Assembly: GCA_012514745.1 (NCBI GenBank)
Contig: JAAYZR010000002.1
Span: 104,962 to 168,961 of the forward strand
Length of the DNA stretch: 64,000 nt
Reading direction: 5' to 3'
From: Candidatus Undivivens industriae
GTDB lineage: Bacteria; Omnitrophota; Gorgyraeia; Gygaellales; Profunditerraquicolaceae
Made by a program: the position numbers and the translations under genes. The notes under the pieces were generated by a model. That model was not told the DNA's origin. It worked only from the letters and a program-made list of their open reading frames with translations, and made no database searches. Shown in pieces: positions 38,402-49,452 of this stretch (its first letter is position 1; each line of letters begins with the position of its first letter).

Positions 38402-38488
38402 GCGCACCCCTCCGGCGCATCTTGCGCGTAACCGGTGTCAACGCAAAGAGATGTATTCCGGCCATCGCGACAATAAACTTTTTTTAAC

Positions 38489-38517
38489 TTGACTTGAAGG
38501 GTATTTGGTAGTATAAA
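38489..38517 (+). promoter_or_regulatory. Sigma70 promoter of the ROK regulator operon
   Basis: TTGACT-17 nt-TATAAA; near-palindrome CCTTTCGGAAAGG follows at about 38532. Confidence 0.55.
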
Positions 38518-38573
38518 ATTAAATAAAAATACCTTTCGGAAAGGGTTCTGACAACCTGGAAAGGCTGCCTGCA

Positions 38574-39809
38574 ATGCTTTCTGTAGACTTACACAGGGAA
38601 GATTACTCTGAAAAGGAAAAGCGCAATATTGAGATCCTCGAGATCTTGAGAAGGCGCGGCCCCATCAGTCGTCCGGACATCTCCAAAGAGATGGGGATCA
38701 ACGTCGTTACGATTTCCAATTACATAGACGATTATATAAAACGCGGCCTGGTTTACGAGAAAGAGCTTGATATCTCTGAAGGCGGCCGCAGGCCGGCTTT
38801 GCTGGAGCTTAATTCTCAATCCGGGTATATCATCGGCGTCGGGCTCAACTTGTTGAACATGGTCGGGCTGTTGGTGGATATGAAGGGCAACATCGTTACC
38901 AAGACGCAGATAGCCAGCCCGCGCTCGTCGGTGAAAGATGTTACCGAGGCGGTGCTGGAGATAATCCGCGAGATATTGAGACGTTCCAAGTCGTATGTCC
39001 CGGCAATCAAGGGGATAGGCGTCGGCATCGCGGGGCTGGTGAACAAGAAAGACGGCAGCATACACTGGCCGCAGAGGGTGGATCATTCCTACGCCTACGT
39101 TTCCGTGGACCTGCCGCTGCGGGAAATAATCGAGAAGGAATTCGACCTGCCGGTGTTGATAGAGAACGACGCCACCGCCGCCTGTTTCGGTGAGAATTGG
39201 CTTAACCTCGGGCGCGGTTACAGAAACATCATCTATATGTTCTCCGGCGTCGGATGCGGAATCGTCATAAACGGCGAGATCTATACCGGTTCCAACGGAT
39301 ACGCCGGAGAAGTCTCCATATATAATTATTCCAAGGATTCCGTTTTTAATTGTGAAGCAGGAGATCCGTGTTTTCTCAAACGCTGGGAAATGGATCTGGG
39401 TATTACGGCTGAACTAAATAAACTGCTTAAGGCCGACAAGAAGGCGGAGACGGAGTTTTTGAAAACCGCCGGCTGCGGGCTTGAAGACGCCGGCCTGAAG
39501 AACATTTTTGCCGCCGCGAAAGCCGGCGATAAATCTGCGCGCAAAGCGCTGGACGCCGCCGCGGTCAAACTCGGCATAAAGATCGCATCTCTGGTCAATC
39601 TGCTGAACCCCCAGGTGGTCATCATAGGCGGCGGCATGGAAGAAGCCGGGGAGGACTTTTTGAATGAGGTAACCCAGACGGTGAAACAATGGGCGTTCCG
39701 GCAGGTGAGCGATAACCTGAAGATCGTTTATTCTCAACTGCGGGAGAACTCCGTGGCCTCCGGCGCGGCGAGTCTCGTAATGCAGAAAGTATTCGCGAGA
39801 ATACTATAG
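38574..39809 (+). CDS. ROK family transcriptional repressor
   Basis: N-terminal HTH (ISRPDI, GGRRP), IENDA, GVGCGIVING, GYAGEV, NLLNP. Confidence 0.92.
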   Translation: MLSVDLHREDYSEKEKRNIEILEILRRRGPISRPDISKEMGINVVTISNYIDDYIKRGLVYEKELDISEGGRRPALLELNSQSGYIIGVGLNLLNMVGLLVDMKGNIVTKTQIASPRSSVKDVTEAVLEIIREILRRSKSYVPAIKGIGVGIAGLVNKKDGSIHWPQRVDHSYAYVSVDLPLREIIEKEFDLPVLIENDATAACFGENWLNLGRGYRNIIYMFSGVGCGIVINGEIYTGSNGYAGEVSIYNYSKDSVFNCEAGDPCFLKRWEMDLGITAELNKLLKADKKAETEFLKTAGCGLEDAGLKNIFAAAKAGDKSARKALDAAAVKLGIKIASLVNLLNPQVVIIGGGMEEAGEDFLNEVTQTVKQWAFRQVSDNLKIVYSQLRENSVASGAASLVMQKVFARIL

Positions 39810-39817
39810 GAGGCGGG

Positions 39818-40624
39818 TTGGAAGGTAAACTGAAGATAGTGTTGGTAGCGGTTACCGTAATCCTGGCGGCCAGTTTTTTCGTTAATCTCAGGCTTCTCGG
39901 TATAAAAAGGTCGCTTGAGATGGAACGGGATTCTCTCAAGCAGGAAATCGCCGCCTTGAATAAGAAAATAGAAGAGGGCATTGCCGAGAGGAAGAAGCTG
40001 CAGGATCGCGTCCAGGAGCTCGGCGCCGCCAACGATCAGCTTACCCGCGAAAAAGACGAGTTGAGCCAGCAGTGCAATATGCTGATGGAGGCCAGGGACA
40101 GTCTCACCCAGCAGCTTCAGCAGGCTAACGAGAACCTGGAGCGGGAAGTAAAGATGCGCGCTTATTTCGAGGGGCGGCTCGGCGAGTCGCAGAATGAAAA
40201 CGGACGCTTGAAGAATAAGAATTCAGAACTTGAGATAGTGCTTAAGGACAGCCTCGTCAAGATAGAAAAACTGAAAAAACAGCTGCATTTCGCCAGATTG
40301 AGCGCGACCGTTCCCCCGGCCCCTTCCACGGACGGGAATGCCGTGGAACTGCCTCCTATTTCCGTCTCTCCCCAATCGCAGAAGTATCTCGAGGAGACGT
40401 CTCCCCGCATCGGGAAAGTGGTGTCCGTCAATAAAGAGAACAATTTCGCGGTCATAAACCTCGGCGCCAATTCCGGGATAAGAGTCGGCGATTCCTTTTC
40501 CGTGCGCAGGGGGCGCAACAGCATCGCTACCCTTAAAGTCATACAGACCAGGAATTCTGTGGCTGCCTGCGATATCGTCAGTCAGGCCATCCCTCTGAAG
40601 ATCGGTGACCAGATAGCCCAATAA
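39818..40624 (+). CDS. Membrane-anchored coiled-coil protein with C-terminal beta domain
   Basis: TTG start after GGAGG, N-terminal TM, heptad-rich middle, GKVVSVN...INLG...GIRVGD tail. Confidence 0.75.
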   Translation: MEGKLKIVLVAVTVILAASFFVNLRLLGIKRSLEMERDSLKQEIAALNKKIEEGIAERKKLQDRVQELGAANDQLTREKDELSQQCNMLMEARDSLTQQLQQANENLEREVKMRAYFEGRLGESQNENGRLKNKNSELEIVLKDSLVKIEKLKKQLHFARLSATVPPAPSTDGNAVELPPISVSPQSQKYLEETSPRIGKVVSVNKENNFAVINLGANSGIRVGDSFSVRRGRNSIATLKVIQTRNSVAACDIVSQAIPLKIGDQIAQ

Positions 40625-40646
40625 GAAGCTTTATCCGTCTATTGTT

Positions 40647-41681
40647 ATGGTGAGGTCCAGCAATAAATCATCACAGACTATTTCCATCAAGGATGTCGCC
40701 AAACGGTGCGGAGTATCCATTACCACCGTCTCCCGCGTTATAAATAAGGTCCCCACCGTCAAAGACGAGAACCGCCGGAAAGTCCTCAAAGCCGTCAAGG
40801 AACTCGATTTTCACCCTTCCGTGTTGGCACAGCGTCTTGCGACCGGGCACAGCAATGTCGTCGCCCTGGTGATACCGCGATATGAAGGGATCTTTTACTC
40901 TTTCTACGCCTTGGAACTGATCCGCGGCATCGGGGCGTTGTGCGAGGCTTTCAAGCTCGACCTGCTGCTGCATTTGACGTCGGGAGGGACGCCCCTGAAT
41001 ATCAAGGGGGTCGGCGGATTTATCTTCGCTGATATCATCGGCAATCGCAGACAGCTTGAGGACGCGTTCAACAGTAAATTGCCGGTGGTGGTGATCAATA
41101 ATTATATAGACGATATGGACGTCAACTGTATTGCCGTGGACAACGAGGGAGGGGCGGAAAAAGCGGTGGATTACCTGATAAATCTGGGGCACCGCAAGAT
41201 CGCCCATATAACCGGAGACCTCGCAACCCAGGCCGCGTCGCTGCGTTATAACGGGTATAAAGACGCGCTGCGTAAGAATGGCCTGCCGCTGAACGAAGAA
41301 TATGTTTTTCAGACGGATTATTCCCGTGGCCGGGCGAGGGAAGCCGCGGAGAGGCTTATGGCGCTGGCAGAACCGGTGAGCGCGGTGTTCGTGGCCTCCG
41401 ATTCCATGGCGCTGGAAGTGATGGCCGTGGTAAGAGAAAGAGGCGGGAAGATACCCGACGATCTGTCTATCGTGGGATTCGACGATAACCCTTCGGGGCT
41501 CTACGGTCCGGTTGCCCTGACCACCATAAAGCAGCCATTGATACAAATGGCGCAGGAGAGCATTAAAGAACTGAACAGTCTTATGAGCAGCCGCGAGCCT
41601 ATGCCCGCCAAGAAGATATTCCTGCCGACGGAATTGATCATCAGAGAATCCTGCCGGCCTCTGTCCGTTCAGTTACAATAG
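40647..41681 (+). CDS. LacI family transcriptional regulator
   Basis: IKDVAKRCGVSITTVSRVIN, LGHRKIA, IPDDLSIVGFDD, LTTIKQP. Confidence 0.95.
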   Translation: MVRSSNKSSQTISIKDVAKRCGVSITTVSRVINKVPTVKDENRRKVLKAVKELDFHPSVLAQRLATGHSNVVALVIPRYEGIFYSFYALELIRGIGALCEAFKLDLLLHLTSGGTPLNIKGVGGFIFADIIGNRRQLEDAFNSKLPVVVINNYIDDMDVNCIAVDNEGGAEKAVDYLINLGHRKIAHITGDLATQAASLRYNGYKDALRKNGLPLNEEYVFQTDYSRGRAREAAERLMALAEPVSAVFVASDSMALEVMAVVRERGGKIPDDLSIVGFDDNPSGLYGPVALTTIKQPLIQMAQESIKELNSLMSSREPMPAKKIFLPTELIIRESCRPLSVQLQ

Positions 41682-41752
41682 ATTGTATGCGGCAATAAAC
41701 TGCATACAAGATGTAGTATTCTATTGACACGTTTTTGCTGCAGTGTTATAGT
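41673..41752 (+). promoter_or_regulatory. Tandem NrdR boxes and sigma70 promoter of nrdJ
   Basis: TTACAATAGATTGTAT (41673) and ATACAAGATGTAGTAT (41704), 31 bp apart; TTGACA(41724)-17 nt-TATAGT(41747). Confidence 0.75.
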
Positions 41753-41849
41753 GATACCCTCAACTTGTCGTTCTCGCGTAGGGTCGGGTCCATAACGCCG
41801 TTTGGAATTAGGACGGCCGGTCAGGAACAGAATAATGGGAGGTGTGGAA

Positions 41850-44162
41850 ATGGCGTTTCAGCTGTCGGAGAATTCTCTCAGGGTCCTGGAAAGGCGTTAT
41901 CTCAAGAAAAATACCGAGGGGAAGGTCGTGGAAACCCCGGAAGAGATGTTCAGGCGCGTGGCGCGCGCCATCGCTTCCGCGGAGAAGGCTTATGGAAAGA
42001 CTGATAAAGACATAACCGCGCTGGAGAATTCGTTCTACAACATGATGACCTCCCTGGAATTTTTGCCCAATTCTCCGTGCCTGATGAACGCCGGCAGGGA
42101 ATTGGGGCAGTTGAGCGCCTGTTTTACCCTTCCCATAGAAGACTCGATGGAATCGATTTTTGAGACCCTTAAGGCCACCGCTATAATCCATAAATCAGGC
42201 GGCGGGACGGGATTCTCTTTTTCCCGCCTGCGTCCGAAGAATGCTGTAGTGAAGACCACCGGCGGGGTCGCTTCCGGACCGGTTTCCTTTATGAGGGTTT
42301 ACGACGCCGCAACCGAGGCCGTAAAACAGGGCGGGACCAGACGCGGCGCCAACATGGGCATTTTGCGGGTCGATCATCCCGATATCCTGGAATTCATCTG
42401 CTGTAAGGAGAATAACAGGGAGATAAATAATTTCAACATTTCGGTGGCGATCACCGACGAATTCATGAGAAAAGTGGAGAGCGGAGAGAATTATGATCTC
42501 ATAGATCCGTACACCAAAAAGTCCGTCTCCAGCGTTAATGCCGGTGAGGTGTTCGATCTGATAGTAAAGCAGGCGCATAAAAACGGCGAACCCGGAATAA
42601 TCTTTATAGACCGCATAAATCAGCATAACCCTACTCCCGCCCTCGGCATGATGGAAAGCACCAATCCCTGCGGAGAACAGCCGCTTTTGCCCTATGAAAG
42701 CTGCGATCTGGGGTCGATCAACCTCGCCGTTATGTCCCGGAAGTCCTCTTCGGGTGCGCTTGAAGTGGACTGGGAACGCCTCAGGAGCGCCGTCAGACTG
42801 GGAGTGCATTTCCTCGATAATCTTATAGACGTTAACCGTTTTCCTCTCCAGCAGATCGAGAAAGCCACCAAGCAGACGCGTAAAGTCGGTCTCGGCGTGA
42901 TGGGTTGGGCTACGTTACTGGTGCGGCTCGGCCTGGCATACGATTCGCAGGAGGCCGTGGATCTGGCGGAAAAGGTGATGTCTTTCATCCTCGAGGAATC
43001 GTTGTCCAAGTCGCAGGAACTGGCGGCCTCAAAAGGCGTATTCCCGTCCTTTAAAGGCAGCATTTACGACTCGGCCGGCAAAAACGGCAAGAGATTGCGC
43101 AACGCCACATTGACGACCATAGCGCCCACCGGGACCATAAGCATCATCGCCGGTCCGTGTTCTTCCGGTATAGAGCCGATGTTCGCAGTGGCTTATTACC
43201 GCAACGTTATGGACAACGACAAGCTCTTCGAAGTGGACCCGCTTTTCGAGGAGACCGCGCGGAAACGCGGTTTCTACAGCAAAGAACTTATGGAGGAAGT
43301 CGCCGCGCATTCTTCACTGCGCGACGTCAAGGGGATACCGGAGGACGTGAAAAGGACCTTTGTTACCGCGCATGATATATCCCCGGAATGGCACGTGCGT
43401 ATGCAGGCGGCATTTCAGAAGTTCGTGCATAACGCCACCTCGAAGACCATAAATTTTCCGCATGAAGCCGAAGTGGAATCGGTGCGCAAGGCCTATCTTC
43501 TGGCTTTCGAGCTCGGCTGTAAAGGGATCACAATTTACCGGGACGGCAGCAGGGAAGAACAGGTGTTGAACGTGGGCGGGAGGGACGGCGGCAAGGCCGG
43601 CCGCGACATAACGGCAGACCAGTCCTGCGAAGCGGAAGGGATAGCGCCGCGCCCCAGGCCGGAAGTCATCCAGGGAACCACCACTAAAGTGGCCACCGGA
43701 TGCGGGAATCTTTACGTGACGATCAATATAGACCGGGACGGCAGGCCGTTCGAGCTGTTCACCCAGATGGGGAAGGCTGGCGGGTGCGCTTCCTCGCAGC
43801 TGGAAGCGGTCGGCAGACTGGTTTCTCTGGCTTTCCGTTCCGGCATAGAGGTTAAAGCTATTATAGAACAGTTAAGAAATATTCGTTGTCCCAGCCCTTC
43901 CTGGGAGAAAGGCCAGAGGATTTTTTCCTGCGCCGACGCCATCGCCCGGGTGGTCGAAAAGCGCCTTACGGCAGAGGTCGTGGGTTCGGCGGTTACGGCC
44001 GGAGAAACGGAATCCTTCATTAAGCATTCATGTGAAGAGGACGTTCAGTCCGGCGATAAGCCCCGGGGTGAGATCGTGGGCGTTTGCCCGGACTGCGGCG
44101 GCGCGCTCTGGCATGAGGAGGGATGCATGAAATGCCAGGCTTGCGGTTTTTCCAAGTGCTAA
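41850..44162 (+). CDS. nrdJ: Vitamin B12-dependent ribonucleotide reductase (class II) with C-terminal TSCPD and zinc ribbon
   Basis: LPNSP, LSACF, GGGTG, TNPCGEQPL, IAPTGTIS, KGITIYRDG, terminal CPDC..CQAC. Confidence 0.95.
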   Translation: MAFQLSENSLRVLERRYLKKNTEGKVVETPEEMFRRVARAIASAEKAYGKTDKDITALENSFYNMMTSLEFLPNSPCLMNAGRELGQLSACFTLPIEDSMESIFETLKATAIIHKSGGGTGFSFSRLRPKNAVVKTTGGVASGPVSFMRVYDAATEAVKQGGTRRGANMGILRVDHPDILEFICCKENNREINNFNISVAITDEFMRKVESGENYDLIDPYTKKSVSSVNAGEVFDLIVKQAHKNGEPGIIFIDRINQHNPTPALGMMESTNPCGEQPLLPYESCDLGSINLAVMSRKSSSGALEVDWERLRSAVRLGVHFLDNLIDVNRFPLQQIEKATKQTRKVGLGVMGWATLLVRLGLAYDSQEAVDLAEKVMSFILEESLSKSQELAASKGVFPSFKGSIYDSAGKNGKRLRNATLTTIAPTGTISIIAGPCSSGIEPMFAVAYYRNVMDNDKLFEVDPLFEETARKRGFYSKELMEEVAAHSSLRDVKGIPEDVKRTFVTAHDISPEWHVRMQAAFQKFVHNATSKTINFPHEAEVESVRKAYLLAFELGCKGITIYRDGSREEQVLNVGGRDGGKAGRDITADQSCEAEGIAPRPRPEVIQGTTTKVATGCGNLYVTINIDRDGRPFELFTQMGKAGGCASSQLEAVGRLVSLAFRSGIEVKAIIEQLRNIRCPSPSWEKGQRIFSCADAIARVVEKRLTAEVVGSAVTAGETESFIKHSCEEDVQSGDKPRGEIVGVCPDCGGALWHEEGCMKCQACGFSKC

Positions 44163-44275
44163 AAAGCCGGATGGCCTGACAATAGGCGTATTTCTTGATG
44201 CCGTGGACAACTCTGTATCGGAGCTGTCCACGGCATTATTGCTTGCGAGCGCGGATCAATCCCCTGCATAAATAT

Positions 44276-46192
44276 ATGAAAAGTGATTATGATGTTATAG
44301 TCGTCGGTGCCGGGCATGCCGGTATAGAGGCCGCCCTGGCGGTTTCCCGCATGGGCCGCCGGTGTCTTATGCTGACGCTGGATCCCGGCAATACCGGGTT
44401 GATGAGCTGCAATCCCGCCATCGGCGGAGTCGGGAAAGGCCAACTGGTCAGGGAAATCGACGCGCTCGGCGGAGAAATGGGTAAAGCGGCAGACGCCTGC
44501 GGCATACAATTCCGCGTGCTCAACGCTTCCAAAGGTCCGGCCGTGCAGTCGTCGCGCGCCCAGATCGATAAAGAAGAATACCGCGGGTATATGTGTTCCG
44601 CCGTGAAGAACCAGGAGGGGCTTGAGGTGAAGGCGGAGGAGGCGTCCGGACTTTTGCTTGTTTCCGGAGGATGCCGCGGCGTTCGCACCGCCTCCGGTGC
44701 CGAGATCACAGCCGGGTCCGTGGTCCTCTGCTTGGGGACATTCCCTGAGGGGACTATCCATATAGGACTGCGTAGCTTCCCCGGCGGCCGCATAAACGAG
44801 CCGGCTTCGGCGGGATTAACCGCTTCTTTGCGCTCGGCGGGGCTCAAGACGTTGCGTTTCAAGACCGGGACCTGCCCCAGGCTAAGACGTTCAAGCATAG
44901 ATTATTCATCTTTGGCCGCGCAGGAGGGGGATCCCGTGCCCAGACCGTTTTCCTTTTCTTCCGCCTCGATACGGCGCCGGCAGGTTCCCTGTTACATAAC
45001 TTATACCAATTCCGATACGCACAGAATCATACGCGGGAATCTTGACCGCTCCCCTCTTTATACCGGCCGCATACACGCCGCGGGGGTGAGATATTGTCCT
45101 TCCATAGAGGATAAGATAGTGAGGTTCGCATCCAAGGAACGCCACCAGGTTTTTCTGGAACCTGAAGGGATGGAGAGCGAAGAGATATATCCGAACGGCC
45201 TTTCGACCAGCCTGCCGGAGGACGTGCAGCTGCTGATGTTGCATTCCGTCCAGGGACTGGAAAAAGCGGAAATCCTTAGGCCCGGTTACGGGATAGAACA
45301 TACCGTGGTGGACCCGACGCAGCTCTACCCCACGCTGGAGGCAAAAGACATCCCCGGACTTTTTCTGGCCGGGCAGATAAACGGCACCACCGGTTACGAG
45401 GAGGCGGCCGGCCAGGGTATTATTGCCGGTATCAACGCCGCCTTGAAGGCGGGAGGAGGAAGACCTTTCATCCTTGACCGGGCCGGCAGTTATATCGGCG
45501 TGCTTATCGACGATTTAGTTACCAAGGGAACCCCGGAGCCGTACCGTATGTTTACCTCCCGTGTGGAATACAGGCTGATATTAAGAGAGGATAATGCCGA
45601 TATCAGGCTGTCGGCGGAAGGGTACAGGCTCGGTTTGGTGCCGAAGGATGCTTTTATGCGCGCGAAAGAACGGGCGGAGGCTTTGCTTTCGGCTCCCGCG
45701 ATACTGCGCCGCCGGCGCGTCAATCCTTCGGCCGGCAACCGCGAACTGTTCCGGAAAAAAGGGCTGGGTCCGCTGGAAAAAAGCGTATCGGCGGATGTTT
45801 TGTTGAGAAGACCGGGAACGGATTTCACGCTCCTGAAAGAAATAGGGGTGGACATTTCCGCCGTTCCGCCCTCGGCGCGCGGGCTTATCGAGACCGAAAT
45901 CAAATACGCAGGATTCATAAAAAGGCAGGAAGCCGAAGTCCAGCGTTTCCGCAATCTGGAGAAAATCAACCTTCCCGGCAGTATCGATTACCGCCTTATC
46001 TGCGGGATCTCCCGTGAGATCAGCGAGAAACTCAGCTTTTTCAGGCCGGTCAATCTCGGCCAGGCCTCCCGGATATCGGGAGTAACTCCGGCGGCGGTAT
46101 CCCTGATCATGATTTATTTGAGAAAATTAAGCCTTGCGGAGAAAGAAAAGACCGAAGGGAGACACGAAAGAAAGGGGGCCCGGCTTGGATAA
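44276..46192 (+). CDS. mnmG: tRNA uridine-5-carboxymethylaminomethyl(34) synthesis enzyme
   Basis: [41 protein letters not shown]. Confidence 0.97.
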   Translation: MKSDYDVIVVGAGHAGIEAALAVSRMGRRCLMLTLDPGNTGLMSCNPAIGGVGKGQLVREIDALGGEMGKAADACGIQFRVLNASKGPAVQSSRAQIDKEEYRGYMCSAVKNQEGLEVKAEEASGLLLVSGGCRGVRTASGAEITAGSVVLCLGTFPEGTIHIGLRSFPGGRINEPASAGLTASLRSAGLKTLRFKTGTCPRLRRSSIDYSSLAAQEGDPVPRPFSFSSASIRRRQVPCYITYTNSDTHRIIRGNLDRSPLYTGRIHAAGVRYCPSIEDKIVRFASKERHQVFLEPEGMESEEIYPNGLSTSLPEDVQLLMLHSVQGLEKAEILRPGYGIEHTVVDPTQLYPTLEAKDIPGLFLAGQINGTTGYEEAAGQGIIAGINAALKAGGGRPFILDRAGSYIGVLIDDLVTKGTPEPYRMFTSRVEYRLILREDNADIRLSAEGYRLGLVPKDAFMRAKERAEALLSAPAILRRRRVNPSAGNRELFRKKGLGPLEKSVSADVLLRRPGTDFTLLKEIGVDISAVPPSARGLIETEIKYAGFIKRQEAEVQRFRNLEKINLPGSIDYRLICGISREISEKLSFFRPVNLGQASRISGVTPAAVSLIMIYLRKLSLAEKEKTEGRHERKGARLG

Positions 46193-46859
46193 AGAATACG
46201 CCGGATTGAAGGAATTCGCGTTGTTCTGGGGAGCCGATCTTTTCGGGGTGGCGGATATCTCCGGCAGCGAGGAAATATACGGAGAGTCCCCGTCGATAAA
46301 GGTAAGGCTGCCGAGGGCGGTATGCCTGGGAGCGGCGCTGTCTTCGGCCGTGCTGGAAGAAATCGAGCAGCATCCCACAAAACTGTATTTTCATCATTAC
46401 CGCAGCGTGAATATCCTGCTTGATCAGCTTTCGCTGCGTATCTGTCGTTACCTGGAAAACAAAGGTCGGCGGGCCGTGCCGATCCCCGCTTCGCAGATCG
46501 TGGATTGGGAAAAACAGCGCGGCCATCTCTCGCATAAAAGCGTTGCCTCCGCCGCCGGTTTGGGATGGATAGGAAGGAATAACCTGCTGGTAACTAAGAA
46601 ATTCGGCAGCCGGGTCAGGCTCGCCACCGTGCTTACCGATATGCTTCTTCCGGCGGACGGGCCAGGCGGGGAGGGGTGCGGTTCCTGCCGTGCCTGCGTG
46701 AGTCTTTGTCCGGCCGGAGCGATAAAGGGATCGCCGGCTGAATTCGACCACATCAAATGCTTCGAGAAACTCAAGGAATTCCAGAAGGCCAGGCTGGCGG
46801 ATCAGTATATTTGCGGTATCTGCGTCAGGCATTGCAAAGGTGCCGGGGAACGGGATTGA
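46185..46859 (+). CDS. Epoxyqueuosine reductase-like (QueG-like) 4Fe-4S protein
   Basis: [41 protein letters not shown]; TTG start inferred. Confidence 0.75.
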   Translation: MDKEYAGLKEFALFWGADLFGVADISGSEEIYGESPSIKVRLPRAVCLGAALSSAVLEEIEQHPTKLYFHHYRSVNILLDQLSLRICRYLENKGRRAVPIPASQIVDWEKQRGHLSHKSVASAAGLGWIGRNNLLVTKKFGSRVRLATVLTDMLLPADGPGGEGCGSCRACVSLCPAGAIKGSPAEFDHIKCFEKLKEFQKARLADQYICGICVRHCKGAGERD

Positions 46860-46884
46860 CCTGACAAATGGCGGATGTTATAAT
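46856..46884 (+). promoter_or_regulatory. Sigma70 promoter of the nadE-lrp-aminotransferase-glnA-ANTAR operon
   Basis: TTGACC(46856)-17 nt-TATAAT(46879) with a TG extension. Confidence 0.75.
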
Positions 46885-46900
46885 ATACAAATTATAAAAG

Positions 46901-47680
46901 ATGAAAGCGGAGATCGAAGGCTGGATACGGGAACGCATTAAAAGCGCGGGGGCTAAAGGGGCGCTGGTAGGTTTAAGCGGGGGAATAGACTCTTCCGTGG
47001 CTGCCGCCCTGTTATGTTCCTCCCTCGGCAGAAAACGGGTTTTGGCTTTGATACTGCCCGCGCACAGTTCGCGTCAGGACGCGGAGGACGCGGAGTTGAT
47101 AGTTTCCAGATTCCGCCTGCGGTCGTTGACGGTGGATATCTCCAAGATATACGACCTTTTGCTGAAAAAAATGCTTCTTCCTCCGGGGTTAAACGCCGCG
47201 AAGCAGCGCGAGAAGACCGCCGGAGCCAATCTGAAATCGAGGCTCAGGATGTCCGTCTTTTATTATTACGCGAACCGTCTGAATTATCTGGTGTGCGGGA
47301 CCGGCAACCGTTCCGAGATAATGACGGGTTATTTCACCAAATACGGGGACGGCGCCGCCGATATCCTTCCTCTCGGCGGGCTTCTGAAGCGTCAGGTGAG
47401 ATCGCTGGCGGAGGAACTGGGGGTGCCACGGCGTATAATAGATAAGCCCCCCAGCGCCGGGCTCTGGCCGGGCCAGACGGATGAGGCGGAAATGGGAGTG
47501 ACTTACGGAGAGATCGACGCAGTCCTCTCGGGTACCGCCGGAAGGAATAAAACGTTTTGCGGCGGGAAGACGGCATCGCGTATTCATAAAATGCGGTCGC
47601 TGTCCGAACATAAAAGAATGCCGGCCGCGGTTTTTATCCCTTCCGGGGGCGGCAAGCCGAACGCCGGGGAGCTTCATTAG
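46901..47680 (+). CDS. nadE: NH3-dependent NAD+ synthetase
   Basis: GLSGGIDS, NLKSRLRM, GYFTKYGDG, PPSAGLW.GQTDE; no glutaminase domain. Confidence 0.93.
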   Translation: MKAEIEGWIRERIKSAGAKGALVGLSGGIDSSVAAALLCSSLGRKRVLALILPAHSSRQDAEDAELIVSRFRLRSLTVDISKIYDLLLKKMLLPPGLNAAKQREKTAGANLKSRLRMSVFYYYANRLNYLVCGTGNRSEIMTGYFTKYGDGAADILPLGGLLKRQVRSLAEELGVPRRIIDKPPSAGLWPGQTDEAEMGVTYGEIDAVLSGTAGRNKTFCGGKTASRIHKMRSLSEHKRMPAAVFIPSGGGKPNAGELH

Positions 47681-47738
47681 AGGTATAAGCCGGGGCAGAT
47701 TGCTGCCGGCGGACAACCATTACAAAGAAGAGGTGCGC

Positions 47739-48224
47739 ATGGACGAGATACTTGAAATACTCGAAAAAGACGGCAGGGCTACGGTGGAAGATATCTCCAG
47801 GATGCTGCGCAGAAAACCGGGAGCCGTGCGCAAGGCCATAAAAAAATACGAAAAAGACGGGATAATCCTGAGTTACAAGGCCGTGATCAACAAGGAAATG
47901 GTCAAGTATAAGAATTCCGGGGTCCGCGCCTTGATAGAGGTCAACATCACCCCTCAGAAAGACCTGGGATTCGACAAGATAGCCGAGAGGATCTATTCTT
48001 TCCCGGAGGTCGGCAGCTGTTATCTCATTTCCGGCACCTACGACCTCCTGCTGATAATCGAGGGAAGGGACCTGCACACGGTCTCCAAGTTTGTCTCGGA
48101 AAAACTCGCGCCGATGGAAAATATCCGAGGCGTGGTAACTCATTTTCTGCTGAAGAAATATAAAGAGGACGGGATGGTGTTGAAGCAGGTGCAGGAGAAC
48201 GAGCGTATCCCCATATCGTATTAA
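47739..48224 (+). CDS. Lrp/AsnC family transcriptional regulator
   Basis: ILEILEKDGR HTH, YLISGTYDL, THFLLKKYK. Confidence 0.92.
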   Translation: MDEILEILEKDGRATVEDISRMLRRKPGAVRKAIKKYEKDGIILSYKAVINKEMVKYKNSGVRALIEVNITPQKDLGFDKIAERIYSFPEVGSCYLISGTYDLLLIIEGRDLHTVSKFVSEKLAPMENIRGVVTHFLLKKYKEDGMVLKQVQENERIPISY

Positions 48225-48251
48225 GCGTATCGTAACTGTAAAGGAGCGGCG

Positions 48252-49430
48252 GTGTCTGTTAAAAACGGCGGAAGCCGGGGATTATCGAAAAAAGTTGAAG
48301 AAATGCAGCCTTCCGGGATCAGGGTCTTTTTCGACCTTGTGCTGGGAATGAAAGACGTTATTTCCCTCGGTGTGGGCGAACCGGATTTCGTCACGCCCTG
48401 GCAGATAAGGGAAGCCGGGATATACTCTCTGGAAAACGGTTCCACTTCCTATACCTCGAATAAAGGGCTGGTTAAACTGCGCATGGGGCTGCAGCATTAT
48501 TTGAAAAAGAGATACGGTTTGTCCTATGCGCATGAAGACCGGATACTCGTCACGGTAGGCGTGAGCCAGGGCGTGGACCTGGCTTTGCGCGCGCTGATCA
48601 ATCCCGGCGACAGGATTATCATCCCGGCGCCGGCATACGTCTGTTACGCCCCTCTTGCCGAACTGGCGGGGGGGAAGGCGGTTTGTATCGATACCTCGCG
48701 CGACGGTTTCAAGCTCACCCCCCGCGCGCTGGAATCCGCTCTGCGCGTCCCGGCCAAGGCGTTACTGTTGAATTACCCCTGTAATCCCACCGGGATTTCC
48801 TATACTGCGCGGGAGCTCAGGGAATTGAACCGGATACTGCTCAAACACGGAGTTATGTGCGTCAGCGACGAAATATACGCGGACCTCACTTACGATTTCG
48901 AACATACTTCATTCGCGTCCCTGCCGGGGGCCAAAGAGAACACGCTTTTGTTGAACGGGTTCTCCAAAAGTTACGCCATGACCGGCTGGCGCGTGGGATA
49001 CGCCTGCGGGCCTGCAAAGATTATCGCGGCAATGACAAAGATACATCAATATATGATGCTTTGCGCTCCGATCATGTCGCAGATGGCGGCCTGCGAGGCT
49101 TTGCTGACCGGACGCGACTCGATGGAGGAAATGAAGCGGGAATACCGCCGCAGGCGTTCTTTCATCGTGGACGGGTTGAACCGTATCGGCCTCGATTGCG
49201 CCCTGCCGCAGGGGGCTTTTTATGCCTTTGCTTCGGTGAAGAAGAGCGGATTGTCATCCATAGAATTCTGCCGGCGGCTGCTCAAAGAAGAGAAGGTCGC
49301 CGTCGTTCCGGGCACCGCTTTCGGGGATAACGGCGAGGGATACGTTCGTATCTCTTACGCCGCGGCGATGGACAAGATAAAAGAAGCGCTGGGCAGGATG
49401 CAGAGGTTCCTTGAAAGAAACAGGAAATGA
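48252..49430 (+). CDS. Class I/II PLP-dependent aminotransferase
   Basis: ISLGVGEPDF, NYPCNPTG, SDEIY, GFSKSYAMTGWRVG. Confidence 0.93.
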   Translation: MSVKNGGSRGLSKKVEEMQPSGIRVFFDLVLGMKDVISLGVGEPDFVTPWQIREAGIYSLENGSTSYTSNKGLVKLRMGLQHYLKKRYGLSYAHEDRILVTVGVSQGVDLALRALINPGDRIIIPAPAYVCYAPLAELAGGKAVCIDTSRDGFKLTPRALESALRVPAKALLLNYPCNPTGISYTARELRELNRILLKHGVMCVSDEIYADLTYDFEHTSFASLPGAKENTLLLNGFSKSYAMTGWRVGYACGPAKIIAAMTKIHQYMMLCAPIMSQMAACEALLTGRDSMEEMKREYRRRRSFIVDGLNRIGLDCALPQGAFYAFASVKKSGLSSIEFCRRLLKEEKVAVVPGTAFGDNGEGYVRISYAAAMDKIKEALGRMQRFLERNRK

Positions 49431-49452
49431 AGCGGACGGGTGGAGCGCGGTT

